Assembly: GCF_043729335.1 (NCBI RefSeq)
Contig: NZ_JAYTLQ010000042.1
Coordinates: 85,581-149,580, forward strand
DNA length: 64,000 bases
Origin: Crenothrix sp.
Lineage (GTDB): Bacteria > Pseudomonadota > Gammaproteobacteria > Methylococcales > Methylomonadaceae
Direction: 5' to 3'
This document shows positions 32,804-42,412 of the stretch, in pieces. A program made the translations under genes and the position numbers. Each line of letters begins with the position of its first letter. Within the stretch, counting starts at the first letter, position 1. The notes under the pieces are model-generated. The model saw only the letters and a list, made by a program, of their open reading frames with translations. It searched no databases and had not been told where the DNA came from.

Positions 32804-33265
32804 CTAAATTAAATACTCAGGCATTAAACGCGCTTTGCTCATGGCATCAAACGGGATTTCAAAAACCTGATCTGCATCTTTCAGCAGTATCACATCACCT
32901 TGAACACCGACAATCTCAGCAGTTATTTTACGACGACCCGCTATCGACTTGTATAGATGCACTGCTACCTTGCTGCCGATAAAGCGCTCAAATTGACTGA
33001 CTTTAAAAAACGGCCTGTCCGCACCTGGCGACGACACTTCTAACTGATATTCATCTTTAATGGGATCTTCAACATCCAGAACACCGCTAATTTGATGACT
33101 GACTTTAGTGCAGTCTTCAACCAAGATGCCATTTTCGCTGTCGATATAAATTCTTAATAGGCCGTGTTTTGGATGTGGGCTGTAATCAATCCCTACGCAT
33201 TCATACCCTAAACCTACAATAATTGGCTCAATCAACGCACTCAAATGTTCTGGGGGCTGTCTCAT
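32804..33265 (-). CDS. rimP: Ribosome maturation factor RimP
   Basis: LRIYID, LEVSSPGADRP; start moved to ATG 33265. Confidence 0.95.
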   Translation of the reverse strand: MRQPPEHLSALIEPIIVGLGYECVGIDYSPHPKHGLLRIYIDSENGILVEDCTKVSHQISGVLDVEDPIKDEYQLEVSSPGADRPFFKVSQFERFIGSKVAVHLYKSIAGRRKITAEIVGVQGDVILLKDADQVFEIPFDAMSKARLMPEYLI

Positions 33266-33290
33266 TTTTTTATCACTTATTTCCGCACAT

Positions 33291-33312
33291 AAAAAAAGAG
33301 CCCAAGGCTCTT
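33291..33312 (-). terminator. Terminator/attenuator hairpin just upstream of rimP
   Basis: Minus strand AAGAGCC-TTG-GGCTCTTTTTTT. Confidence 0.7.
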
Positions 33313-33356
33313 CCGTTGATACCCAATGCCAACCTTTTTTCCAAAGGCCAGAAAAC

Positions 33357-33376
33357 AAAAAACCCCTAAAAGGGGT
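33357..33376 (-). terminator. Terminator after tRNA-fMet
   Basis: Minus strand ACCCCT-TTT-AGGGGT-TTTTT. Confidence 0.75.
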
Positions 33377-33429
33377 CTCCAGGCAAGTTCCATTTTTTGC
33401 CTATACTACATATCCGTACACTATAAATC

Positions 33430-33506
<77 letters not shown>

Positions 33507-33519
33507 ATTGATTTGAGCC

Positions 33520-33547
33520 ATTATAGACAGTTTTTGGAAATACGCAA
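33520..33547 (-). promoter_or_regulatory. Sigma70 promoter of the tRNA-fMet-rimP operon
   Basis: TTGCGT-16 bp-TATAAT, ending 13 bp before the tRNA. Confidence 0.7.
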
Positions 33548-33682
33548 CTTAAATTTATAGAGTTATCAACTTCTGCAATAGAACCACTGGATCTGTAACG
33601 CCGCTTAAATTGGGCTTAGCTACAGTTTAGGCAGACTAGTAAGCTGTTTAACCTATGCTACGGATTCAATGTCTTTCACAAT

Positions 33683-33821
33683 TTATTTTAATTTTGCAAT
33701 TAGCATCTTAATTAACCTCAGCCCAATTAGCCTTGCCCTACATTTCCCGCATCACCTGCCCAACAAAGAAACCGAACACCTTATCCTTACCACTGCGGTA
33801 TTGCTCAACCTGATCCATATT
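33683..33821 (-). pseudogene. Decayed duplicate of the last 46 codons of gatB
   Basis: Translates [36 protein letters not shown](+T)KMLIAKLK*, against gat[46 protein letters not shown] (42413-42550). Confidence 0.93.
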
Positions 33822-34162
33822 ATTGATAATACCGCTGCTGACGATGAGCTTGTTAAGACAACTGCGAATGCGGGTTAAAGTTTAAATTTACGAACCTACC
33901 CAAAAAATTTTGGTGTTGATGTTTTTGTTTTACATAAAAAAGTTGTCATTCACAAAAAAATATTATTTCTTTCAATCTAATTGACAGATTGATGCTATCA
34001 GCCTAATGGACACCTAAATTTAGGCAAACTATTCGATAAACTCAATCGCCCCCTTCACAGCAATATCGAGCTTGGTAAGGCTCGGAATTGTACATTTAAT
34101 TGCTGTTCGGTTTCTCGTATGCTAGATTGTAAGGGCATTGATTTTCAACTCAGAGGGGCATT

Positions 34163-34582
34163 GTGATAACAGCGTTGCATTCCAAAAGAAACCGCCCTTA
34201 CCTGCACACGATAGTGTTCTTGCTGTTGGTGAGCTGGATTTCTTTTGCCATTTCGGCGACCTGTACCATGCCAATGCTTACGGTATCGTCGGCGATGCCC
34301 GATAATATGCCGGGATGTTCGGATTCTGGCACACCTAAGCATACATCCAATACTATGCAAGATTGTGCATTCAAGCCTTGCCTTGACTCGCAAGCCGATT
34401 CGCTCACCGATCTAAATCGTCTGGAGAAGCCAGATCTACCTGTTTTTATTTTGAGTCTCATTTGCACGTTTTTGTGCTTATTTCTAAGTTATCCACCCAC
34501 AAAAATTCCTCGTAAAAAATTTGATCCGCCGCTTTGGCGACGGATTCCACTCATTTATCGATTCTGCAGACTGCTGAATTAG
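34163..34582 (+). CDS. Small Cys/Met-containing membrane or periplasmic protein leading the metal-efflux operon
   Basis: Hydrophobic N-segment, CTMPM...GCS...CAFKPC, second hydrophobic segment. Confidence 0.65.
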   Translation: MITALHSKRNRPYLHTIVFLLLVSWISFAISATCTMPMLTVSSAMPDNMPGCSDSGTPKHTSNTMQDCAFKPCLDSQADSLTDLNRLEKPDLPVFILSLICTFLCLFLSYPPTKIPRKKFDPPLWRRIPLIYRFCRLLN

Positions 34583-34683
34583 CCAACCCTTTAAATCACC
34601 GTGCCACACCTTTAAACCGGTTTGGCATACTGGAGTTCTGCGTCTGCGGAGCCTGTTTTGTTCTGATTTGAGAGGGAAACTCA

Positions 34684-36060
34684 ATGTTTCTTGTTATTTG
34701 TCCGTGGCCATTGCGTCGCACTTATTCGGCGTGGACGGCTGTGTTTTTTGGGCTGGCGTTGTTTTCGCCCGGCCTGGTCTTTCATATTTCAACTGGCACA
34801 TTCCGCGTTAGTTGGGCTGAGGCAGTAGCCGAAACCCGGCTCGCTAACAACGATGAATCCATCCTGACACTAACCCAGGCGATTGAACTCGCCCTCACCG
34901 GCAACCCCGGACTGGCGGAAATCAGGGCGCGAGCCGAGGCGATGGCTGCCGTACCTTCCCAAGAAGGCACTTTGCCCGATCCGACGCTCAGGTTCGGTGC
35001 CCTTTACCTGCCGACCAGCAGCTTTAATCCTCGGCAGGATGATTTCACGATGATGGAAGTCGGCATCAGCCAGGACATTCCTTTTCCAGGCAAACTGGCA
35101 TTGCGGGAAAAAATCGCCAAACAGGAAGCACTGGCCGCCGCTGATTCCATTGATGAAGCGCGGTTGCGGTTGACGCGTGATGTAAAACAGGGCTGGTGGC
35201 GGCTGTTTTATTACGACCATGCCTTGACGCTACTGGACGAAGCCGAACACTTTTTCCAGCAGCTTATCGACATCGCCCAGGAAAAATACAAGGTGGGCAT
35301 AGGCACACAGCAAGATGTGCTGCTAGCCCAGCTTGAGCTGTCCAAACTTAAAAATGAAAAACTGGATCTGGCCAGTATGCGCCACGGCCAGAACGCCCGT
35401 ATCAATGCCTTGCTGGATCGAACACCGGAAATGCTTGTGCAGATTCCAGAGAAAGTCGAGTTCAAGTTGCCGGTCATTATCGGGTCTGCTTTACAAGACA
35501 AGGCGCTAAAAATGCGGCCTTTATTTACCCAACACCGCAACATGCTTGGGGCGGCGAAGGACAGGGTTGCTCTGGCGAAAAAGGCTTTTTACCCCGACTT
35601 CACCGTGGGTGCGTTTTATGATGTCCGGCAGAGTACGCCGTCAGGCCAGTCGCGTAGCGATTTCGCCAGTGTCCAATTAAGCATGAACCTGCCGATTTAT
35701 GCCGACCGCAAGCAAGCCAAGGCGGTTGCTCAGCGCCAGGGCGAACTCTTGCAAGCCCAATATGCCTTACAGGACGACCACCACAAAATTCAGGCCGAGA
35801 TCGCCGCCAAAGCCGCCGAGTACCAACAGACCAAAGAAAAGCTGCTGTTGCTCGAACAGGAAATCATCCCACAGGCGCAGCAAACCGTGGATGCGCTTCT
35901 GGCGGGTTATGAAGTCAGCCAAACCAACTTTACCGACCTGCTCCGCACGCAATTAAGTTTTTTCCAATACCAGACCCAGTATTGGCAAGCATTGACCAAC
36001 ACGCAACAAATCCTGGCTGAGCTGTCCGCCGAAGTGGGCGAAGAGGTAGGCCATGATTAA
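34684..36060 (+). CDS. TolC-family outer-membrane factor of heavy-metal RND efflux (CusC-like)
   Basis: LPDP, QDIPFPGKL, YKVG/YEVS...DLLRTQ helical repeats; overlaps the adaptor start. Confidence 0.88.
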   Translation: MFLVICPWPLRRTYSAWTAVFFGLALFSPGLVFHISTGTFRVSWAEAVAETRLANNDESILTLTQAIELALTGNPGLAEIRARAEAMAAVPSQEGTLPDPTLRFGALYLPTSSFNPRQDDFTMMEVGISQDIPFPGKLALREKIAKQEALAAADSIDEARLRLTRDVKQGWWRLFYYDHALTLLDEAEHFFQQLIDIAQEKYKVGIGTQQDVLLAQLELSKLKNEKLDLASMRHGQNARINALLDRTPEMLVQIPEKVEFKLPVIIGSALQDKALKMRPLFTQHRNMLGAAKDRVALAKKAFYPDFTVGAFYDVRQSTPSGQSRSDFASVQLSMNLPIYADRKQAKAVAQRQGELLQAQYALQDDHHKIQAEIAAKAAEYQQTKEKLLLLEQEIIPQAQQTVDALLAGYEVSQTNFTDLLRTQLSFFQYQTQYWQALTNTQQILAELSAEVGEEVGHD

Positions 36061-37477
36061 ATATTTTCTGGCAAGTTTGATTTTGATGCTGGGCGCTGGT
36101 CTTGGATTTTTGGCCGCACGACATCAAGGTTTATCGTTAAATTGGGACGCTAACGCCGTCAGCGAAAAAAAGCCGCTGTATTACCGCCATCCGATGAATC
36201 CCAAAGTCACCTCACAAACGCCCGCCAAGGACGAGATGGGGATGGACTATGTGGCGGTTTACGCAGAACCGCCAGCCTCAACCGCACCACCGCCAAAATC
36301 CGGAAAAATTCTCTATTACCGGCATCCGATGGGTGCGGCGGACACGTCACCTGTGCCGAAAAAAGATGAAATGGGCATGGACTATCTTCCGGTTTATGAA
36401 GGTGAACAGTTCGCACCTGGGCAGATTCAGATCAGCCCTGAAAAAATCCAGAAACTGGGCGTAACAACAGTAACTGTGGCAAAGCGAACGCTGACCCGCA
36501 GCATCCGTGCGTTGGGCAGCATTCAGGTGGACGAGCGGCGTGTCCACGCCGTGACACCGAAGTTTGAAGGTTGGATTCAGCATTTGTATGCCAATGCAAC
36601 CGGACAAACCATAAAACGCGGCCAGCCGCTGCTGGACATCTACAGCCCGGAACTGATGACCGCGCAACAGGAATATCTCATCGCCCGGCAAGGACAACGG
36701 GCGCTGCAACAGGCTAGCGACCAGGCGCAAGATACGGCGGCGCGTTTGGCTGACAACGCCTTGCAGCGCTTGCATTATTGGGATATTGGCCAGACTCAAT
36801 TACAGCGCTTACAACATCTGGAACAACCGCTGGAGACGCTGCTGCTGTTGTCGCCGGTCAATGGCGTGGTGCTGGACAAACCCGCCATTGAAGGGATGCG
36901 TTTCATGCCCGGCGAGTTGTTGTTTCGTATTGCCGATTTAAGCACGGTGTGGCTGTTGGCGGACGTGTTTGAGCAAGACAGCGGCGTAGTGCGCCCAGGC
37001 CAAACCGCGCAAGTGGCCATCAACGCTTACCCTAATCGGGTGTTCAGCGGCAAGGTTAGCTTTATTTATCCGACGCTGGCAACGGAAACCCGCACCGTTA
37101 AAGTGCGTATCGAGTTGCCTAATGGCGAAGGTTTGCTGAAGCCTGGACTGTATGGCAGCGTGACGCTAACCGCACGGGAAAATAAAAATACGCCTTTGGC
37201 GGTTCCCGATTCGGCGGTCATTGACAGTGGCACTCGGCAGATTGTGCTACTACAACGGGGTGATGGACAGTTCGAGCCGCGTGCCGTGAAACTGGGGCTA
37301 CAGGCCGATGGATACCGGCAAGTATTGACGGGGCTGAAAGCAGGTGATGAAGTCGTGACCCGGGCTAATTTCCTGATTGATGCCGAAAGTAACCTCAAGT
37401 CGGCCTTGGACAGTTTTAACAGTCCTGGTGCTGATGCGAATCGGGTTATGACCGAAACACAACACGGAGGCCACTAG
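36053..37477 (+). CDS. cusB: CusB-like periplasmic adaptor with two YYRHPM...KDEMGMDY metal-binding repeats
   Basis: Duplicated motif; GWIQHL, IYPTLATETRT, NFLIDAES. Confidence 0.88.
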   Translation: MIKYFLASLILMLGAGLGFLAARHQGLSLNWDANAVSEKKPLYYRHPMNPKVTSQTPAKDEMGMDYVAVYAEPPASTAPPPKSGKILYYRHPMGAADTSPVPKKDEMGMDYLPVYEGEQFAPGQIQISPEKIQKLGVTTVTVAKRTLTRSIRALGSIQVDERRVHAVTPKFEGWIQHLYANATGQTIKRGQPLLDIYSPELMTAQQEYLIARQGQRALQQASDQAQDTAARLADNALQRLHYWDIGQTQLQRLQHLEQPLETLLLLSPVNGVVLDKPAIEGMRFMPGELLFRIADLSTVWLLADVFEQDSGVVRPGQTAQVAINAYPNRVFSGKVSFIYPTLATETRTVKVRIELPNGEGLLKPGLYGSVTLTARENKNTPLAVPDSAVIDSGTRQIVLLQRGDGQFEPRAVKLGLQADGYRQVLTGLKAGDEVVTRANFLIDAESNLKSALDSFNSPGADANRVMTETQHGGH

Positions 37478-37479
37478 CC

Positions 37480-40400
37480 ATGTTGAACCATGTCATTGTT
37501 TGGTCTTTACGCAACGTATTTCTGGTGCTGCTGGCAACGCTGGCTATCGTAATTGGCGGGGTTTACGCGTTGTCGAGAATGCCGCTGGATGCGCTGCCCG
37601 ACCTGTCCGATGCACAAGTGATCGTTTACACCGAATTTCCAGGACAAGCGCCGCAAGTGGTCGAGGATCAAGTCACCTATCCTTTGACCACCGCCATGCT
37701 GAGCGTGCCACGCTCAAAAGTCGTGCGTGGCTTTTCCTTCTTCGGTGCATCTTTTGTTTACGTCATTTTTGAGGACGGCACCGATATTTACTGGGCGCGT
37801 TCACGGGTTCTGGAATATCTCACCACGCTCAGCGGACGCTTGCCGTCCAACGTGGCGCCGAAATTGGGGCCGGATGCCACCGGTGTCGGCTGGGTTTATC
37901 AATATGCGCTGTTGGCAAAGGATTATTCGCTGGCAGAATTGCGTACCCTGCAAGACTGGTTTGTACGTTACCAATTGACCAAAGCCAAAGGTGTGGCCGA
38001 GGTCGCCAGTATCGGCGGTTTTGTGCAGCAATATCAAGTCACCGTCGATCCGCATAAGCTGCAAGCTTACGGCATTGCTTTATCGACGCTCAGCAACACC
38101 ATCCGCAACAGTAACCGTGATGTCGGTGGACGGATTATCGAATTGGCCGAAACCGAGTACATGGTACGTGGACACGGTTATTTGCGCGGCCAGGCCGACT
38201 TGGAACGCTTGGTTCTGAAAGCTGAGCGTGGTATCCCTGTGTTGCTGCGTGATGTGGCTCGCGTGGAACTGGTTCCCGATGAACGCCGTGGCATCACCGA
38301 ATGGAACGGTGAAGGCGAGGCGGTTTCCGGCATTGCGCTGGCGCGTTACGGCCAAAATGCCCTGGAAGTCATCAGCAATATAAAAGACCGCTTGCATGAA
38401 ATCAGCGCCGGATTGCCAATCGGTGTTCGTATACAAACGGTTTATGACCGTTCCGAACTGATCCATCGCGCCATTGACAATTTGCGCCATACCTTGCTGG
38501 AAGAAAGCGCGGTGGTCGCCGTGGTTTGTGTGGTGTTCCTGCTGCATTTGCGTAGCGCCCTGGTGGCGATTTTGATGCTGCCAGTTGGCGTACTTTTTGC
38601 CTTCATCATCATGCAGGAGCTAGGGATGAATTCCAACATTATGAGCCTGGGCGGTATTGCCATCGCTATCGGTGCGATGGTGGATGCCGCCATTGTCATG
38701 ATCGAGAACGCCCATAAACATTTGGAGCGCGATTCCGGCCGCCTGCCGCGTTTTGAAATATTGCTCAATGCCTGCAAGGAAGTCGGTCCGCCGCTGTTTT
38801 TCAGCCTGTTGATTATCACTGTCTCATTCCTGCCGGTGTTCGCGCTGGAAGCGCAGGAAGGCCGCTTGTTTCATCCTTTGGCCTACACCAAGACGTTCGC
38901 AATGGCGGGTGCGGCATTGCTGTCGGTGACGCTGGTGCCGGTGTTGATGTGGCTGTTTGTACGCGGAAAAATTCTGCCGGAACAGCGCAATCCCATCAAC
39001 CGGGTCTTGATCTGGATTTACCGCCCAGTCATCGCCGGTGTCATGCGCCACAAAAAGCTGACGCTCGCTTTCGCGCTGCTGATGCTGGCGGCAAGTTGGT
39101 ATCCGGCCTCGCGTCTGGGTGGTGAATTCATGCCGACGCTGAATGAAGGCACGCTGTTGTTCATGCCGTTGACGGTACCCGGTTTGCCCCCGACCAAGGC
39201 CGCCGAATTGCTGCAAACCCAGGATCGCATTATCAAAAGTTTTCCCGAAGTTGAGTCGGTGTTCGGTAAAGCCGGACGCGCCCTGACTGCCACCGACCCG
39301 GCACCGTTGGAAATGTCGGAAACCATTGTCAACCTGAAACCAGAATCCAGCTGGCGACCTGGCCTGACGGTCGATAAGCTGATTGCAGAGATGGATCTGG
39401 CGCTGCAAATCCCCGGTGTCAGCAACTCCTGGACGATGCCGATCAAAAACCGTATTGATATGTTGGCCACCGGTATCCGCACACCTATCGGTATCAAGCT
39501 GTTCGGCAAAGACTTGGCGGAAATGGAACGCCTGGCGCAACAGATTGAACAGGCCGTTAAAACTGTCCACGGCACCACCAGTGCTTATGCCGAACGCATC
39601 ACCAGCGGCTTTTATCTGAACATCACGCCGGACTACGAGGCTTTGGCGCGTTATGGGCTGTTAATTGGCGATGTGCAAGATGTCATTGCCACCGCCATTG
39701 GTGGCGAGACCGTCACGACAATGTTGGAAGGACGCGAACGTTTCGCCGTCACCGTCCGTTACCCGCGCGAACTGCGGGATACCCCGCAAGCCATTGCCGA
39801 GCATGTTCTTGTCCCCACATCCGGCGGGGCGATGGTTCCCTTGGGGCAGTTGGCGCATCTGAGCCTGGACAAAGGCCCACCGTCAATACGTACCGAAAAT
39901 GCCTTGTTGTCCGCTTATATCTATGTCGATATGCGTGGCCGCGATATTGACGGTTATGTGCAGGATGCCAAACGGGCGGTACAAAAAGCGGTCAAGTTCC
40001 CTACCGGTTACTACATTGCCTGGAGTGGCCAGTTCGAGTACATGGAACGCGCCAAACAGCGTCTGCAACTGGTTGTTCCGCTTACACTGTGTATTATTTT
40101 CATCCTGCTGTATCTCAATTTCGGGCGCTTGACCGAAACCCTGATTGTCATGTTGTCCGTGCCCTTCGCGCTGATTGGCGGCATTTGGCTACTGTGGTTT
40201 CTGGATTACAACGTTAGCGTGGCGGTCGGTGTTGGCTTTATCGCCTTGGCGGGAGTCGCCGCAGAAACTGGCGTGGTGATGCTGATTTATCTGGATCATG
40301 CGTATCTTGACAAGCAACGGCAATGCCTGGAAGAAAAACGGGCTTTCACCGAGACTGATCTTTACGATGCGCTAATGACCGGCGCGGCAGAACGTTTGCG

Positions 40401-40602
40401 ACCGAAAATAATGACTGTCACCGCAATTATGGCTGGTCTCTTGCCCATTCTTTGGAGCACCGGCACGGGTTCGGAAGTCATGCGCCGCATCGCCGCGCCG
40501 ATGGTGGGCGGCATGGTGTCTTCAACGCTGTTGACCTTGATCGTCATTCCGGCGCTTTATGCCCTGTGCAAACAATATTCCATCAATAAACAACCCCGAT
40601 GA
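37480..40602 (+). CDS. cusA: CusA/SilA-type Cu(I)/Ag(I) RND transporter
   Basis: DALPDLSDAQVIV, FMPTLNEG, EMSET, WTMPIKNRIDMLATG, MRRIAAPMVGGM; Met triad of the CusA type. Confidence 0.93.
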   Translation: MLNHVIVWSLRNVFLVLLATLAIVIGGVYALSRMPLDALPDLSDAQVIVYTEFPGQAPQVVEDQVTYPLTTAMLSVPRSKVVRGFSFFGASFVYVIFEDGTDIYWARSRVLEYLTTLSGRLPSNVAPKLGPDATGVGWVYQYALLAKDYSLAELRTLQDWFVRYQLTKAKGVAEVASIGGFVQQYQVTVDPHKLQAYGIALSTLSNTIRNSNRDVGGRIIELAETEYMVRGHGYLRGQADLERLVLKAERGIPVLLRDVARVELVPDERRGITEWNGEGEAVSGIALARYGQNALEVISNIKDRLHEISAGLPIGVRIQTVYDRSELIHRAIDNLRHTLLEESAVVAVVCVVFLLHLRSALVAILMLPVGVLFAFIIMQELGMNSNIMSLGGIAIAIGAMVDAAIVMIENAHKHLERDSGRLPRFEILLNACKEVGPPLFFSLLIITVSFLPVFALEAQEGRLFHPLAYTKTFAMAGAALLSVTLVPVLMWLFVRGKILPEQRNPINRVLIWIYRPVIAGVMRHKKLTLAFALLMLAASWYPASRLGGEFMPTLNEGTLLFMPLTVPGLPPTKAAELLQTQDRIIKSFPEVESVFGKAGRALTATDPAPLEMSETIVNLKPESSWRPGLTVDKLIAEMDLALQIPGVSNSWTMPIKNRIDMLATGIRTPIGIKLFGKDLAEMERLAQQIEQAVKTVHGTTSAYAERITSGFYLNITPDYEALARYGLLIGDVQDVIATAIGGETVTTMLEGRERFAVTVRYPRELRDTPQAIAEHVLVPTSGGAMVPLGQLAHLSLDKGPPSIRTENALLSAYIYVDMRGRDIDGYVQDAKRAVQKAVKFPTGYYIAWSGQFEYMERAKQRLQLVVPLTLCIIFILLYLNFGRLTETLIVMLSVPFALIGGIWLLWFLDYNVSVAVGVGFIALAGVAAETGVVMLIYLDHAYLDKQRQCLEEKRAFTETDLYDALMTGAAERLRPKIMTVTAIMAGLLPILWSTGTGSEVMRRIAAPMVGGMVSSTLLTLIVIPALYALCKQYSINKQPR

Positions 40603-40678
40603 AGGAGACAACTGAACGATACATTAACAAACTGAAAAACAATATCACTAACCTATTGAATTATCTTGGAGAAAACCC

Positions 40679-41023
40679 ATGAAAACGAAATTACTGATTA
40701 CCCCATTTTTGGTGCTTGGTTTACTGACCGCCTGTGCCGAAATGAACCCGCATCCAATGGATATGAGCCAAGCCGTGCTAAATGCTGAAACCAAAGCCGA
40801 TCATGCCGCATTGGCGAAACACTATGATGAGGTAGCGGACGAAATGCAGCTTAAGGTGGATGAACACAAGAAACTGCTTAGCCAGTACGAATCAAAAGCC
40901 TATCTCTACGGTCGGCAGGCGGAAGATTTTAAGGCGCATTGTCAAAGGCTGGTTGATGATTATGAAAAAGTCGTCGCCTCTAACCGGAAAATGGCTGAGA
41001 TGCATCGCGGAATGGCGCAGTAG
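40679..41023 (+). CDS. Small His/Met-rich helical lipoprotein, putative metal binder
   Basis: Lipobox LTAC; DHAALAKHY, EHKK, AHCQ, MAEMHRGM; GGAGA upstream of ATG. Confidence 0.75.
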   Translation: MKTKLLITPFLVLGLLTACAEMNPHPMDMSQAVLNAETKADHAALAKHYDEVADEMQLKVDEHKKLLSQYESKAYLYGRQAEDFKAHCQRLVDDYEKVVASNRKMAEMHRGMAQ

Positions 41024-41026
41024 AAC

Positions 41027-41099
41027 CATAGGATGTGCCAACGATAGGAGGCGCATCACTCACGAACGATGCGCTTCACTTCGTTCAGCACATCCTATG
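41027..41099. repeat. REP-like nested palindrome
   Basis: CATAGGATGTGC...GCGCATC...GATGCGC...GCACATCCTATG. Confidence 0.8.
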
Positions 41100-41184
41100 C
41101 ACTTTTTTCAATCTCATCGCGATGACCTGAAGAATATTTGTGGGCTTTAATAATATCCGTATTATTATTTTTTTCATCTGACAA
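41095..41184 (-). pseudogene. Probable 5' fragment of a small cytoplasmic protein, cut at the REP
   Basis: AAGGGTG upstream of TTG; MSDEKNNNTDIIKAHKYSSGHRDEIEKS; the stop lies inside the REP arm. Confidence 0.4.
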
Positions 41185-41274
41185 TACACACCCTTGATGA
41201 AACAATCATTAATAATCAACTCGTGATTCCGCGCCAGAAAACCACGACAACTGGAATGGCGAACGATGCTGGCT

Positions 41275-42306
41275 CTAACCGTTCAGTAACTCTTCAGGGG
41301 TTTTAGCCTGAAAAATCTGTTTAGTCCAGGCTTCAATTTGCTCAGGGCTGGCACTGCGCACCTTATCTTGTAACAACTGGCTCACCGTGCCAAATTTGGA
41401 TTCGAGCAACAATAAAAAAAGCTTAGCCGCTTCTTGTTTTCGGCCCTCTTGTAGCCCTTGATGCATTCCCTCTTGTCGCCCTTTTTGTCGTCCTTCTTGC
41501 AATCCTTTTTCCAGTCCTTTTTCCAATCCTTTTTGCAGCCCTTCCTGTTCTGCTTGTTGTGTCCATTGTTTAACGGTTTCAGCTAACATGTCATGTACCT
41601 CTTGAAGATCGTTGAATTCTTTAATGTCAGCATTGGGAGCTTTTCTTGGCAATAACACACGGTTAATCCACACTGTAAAAGCACGCCTCAGGCTGGTTTG
41701 TTCCGCCGCTTTCAACCAGTCAATCAACCGCCATAATACACCTTGAATATCCTGGGCTGTCCGGCTGTTTTCCAGTTGGAACAAGGCCGCCACCAAATTA
41801 TGCAGGCTGCTTAACTCATCTTTGCTAAAGCTGCCTTCATCCAGTAATAAGTAACTGACCTGCGGACGGTATTTTTCCAAACCGGACGGTGCCGGATGGA
41901 TTAGAAAATCCAGATCTACCGGGGCTTGCCAGCGCCGCTCGCCGTTGTAGAGCACTACCGGTAACACAGGTGGTAATTTATCTGTTTTTGTTAAGTTGCC
42001 AGTGCGGATAATGTCCTGATACAGCAGTGCCAGATAGCCCAAAATACGCACGGCCATAAAGTGGTCGACAGTGGACTGGAATTCCAGCAGCAAATACACG
42101 TACAGCCACTCATCGCCCCAACGTACCCGCCAGATCAGGTCGTCTTCCCGATCACGCAGGTCATCAGTGACATAACTGCCGCTGACTTTTTCCAGGGTGG
42201 CAAAGTCGCATTGTTCTACCCACGCCTCTTTAACAAAGCCCTTGAGCAGGTCGGCAACCATTTCTGGATGGGAAAACAGTAGTTTATAGCTGTTGTCGTG
42301 CGACAT
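41275..42306 (-). CDS. Rpn (YhgA-like, PD-(D/E)XK) recombination-promoting nuclease
   Basis: HDNSYKLLFSHPEMVADLL, DLRDREDDLIWRV, LLEFQSTVD, PVVLYNG; C-terminal (E/Q)(K/E)G repeats. Confidence 0.92.
   Translation of the reverse strand: MSHDNSYKLLFSHPEMVADLLKGFVKEAWVEQCDFATLEKVSGSYVTDDLRDREDDLIWRVRWGDEWLYVYLLLEFQSTVDHFMAVRILGYLALLYQDIIRTGNLTKTDKLPPVLPVVLYNGERRWQAPVDLDFLIHPAPSGLEKYRPQVSYLLLDEGSFSKDELSSLHNLVAALFQLENSRTAQDIQGVLWRLIDWLKAAEQTSLRRAFTVWINRVLLPRKAPNADIKEFNDLQEVHDMLAETVKQWTQQAEQEGLQKGLEKGLEKGLQEGRQKGRQEGMHQGLQEGRKQEAAKLFLLLLESKFGTVSQLLQDKVRSASPEQIEAWTKQIFQAKTPEELLNG
41431..41547 (-). repeat. 12-bp-period coding repeat in Rpn (QEGLQKGLEKGLEKGLQEGRQKGRQEGMHQGLQEG)
   Basis: Direct reading of the translation. 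Confidence 0.85.
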
Positions 42307-42412
42307 GGCAAGGTTTGTTAATGTTAAGTTAAACTATACGCGCACACCATGAACGTATTAGCCCTGAAAATAGGGAACGCACACTCCCGAACGATGCACT
42401 AATCCAGCAACA

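Noticed and set aside
33669-33878. 69-aa plus-strand ORF from the track
   Set aside because: It is the antisense reading of the gatB relic.
33822-33880. In-frame extension upstream of the gatB relic ([17 protein letters not shown]), faintly like a winged-HTH tail
   Set aside because: Too short, with no start or further homology recognisable.
33930-33952. CusR/CopR box upstream of the cus operon
   Set aside because: Only one half-site (TTGTCATT) matches; the partner half and spacing do not.
41275-42306. Rpn as an autonomous IS transposase
   Set aside because: No terminal inverted repeats or TSD around it; the family is a PD-(D/E)XK nuclease without demonstrated transposition.
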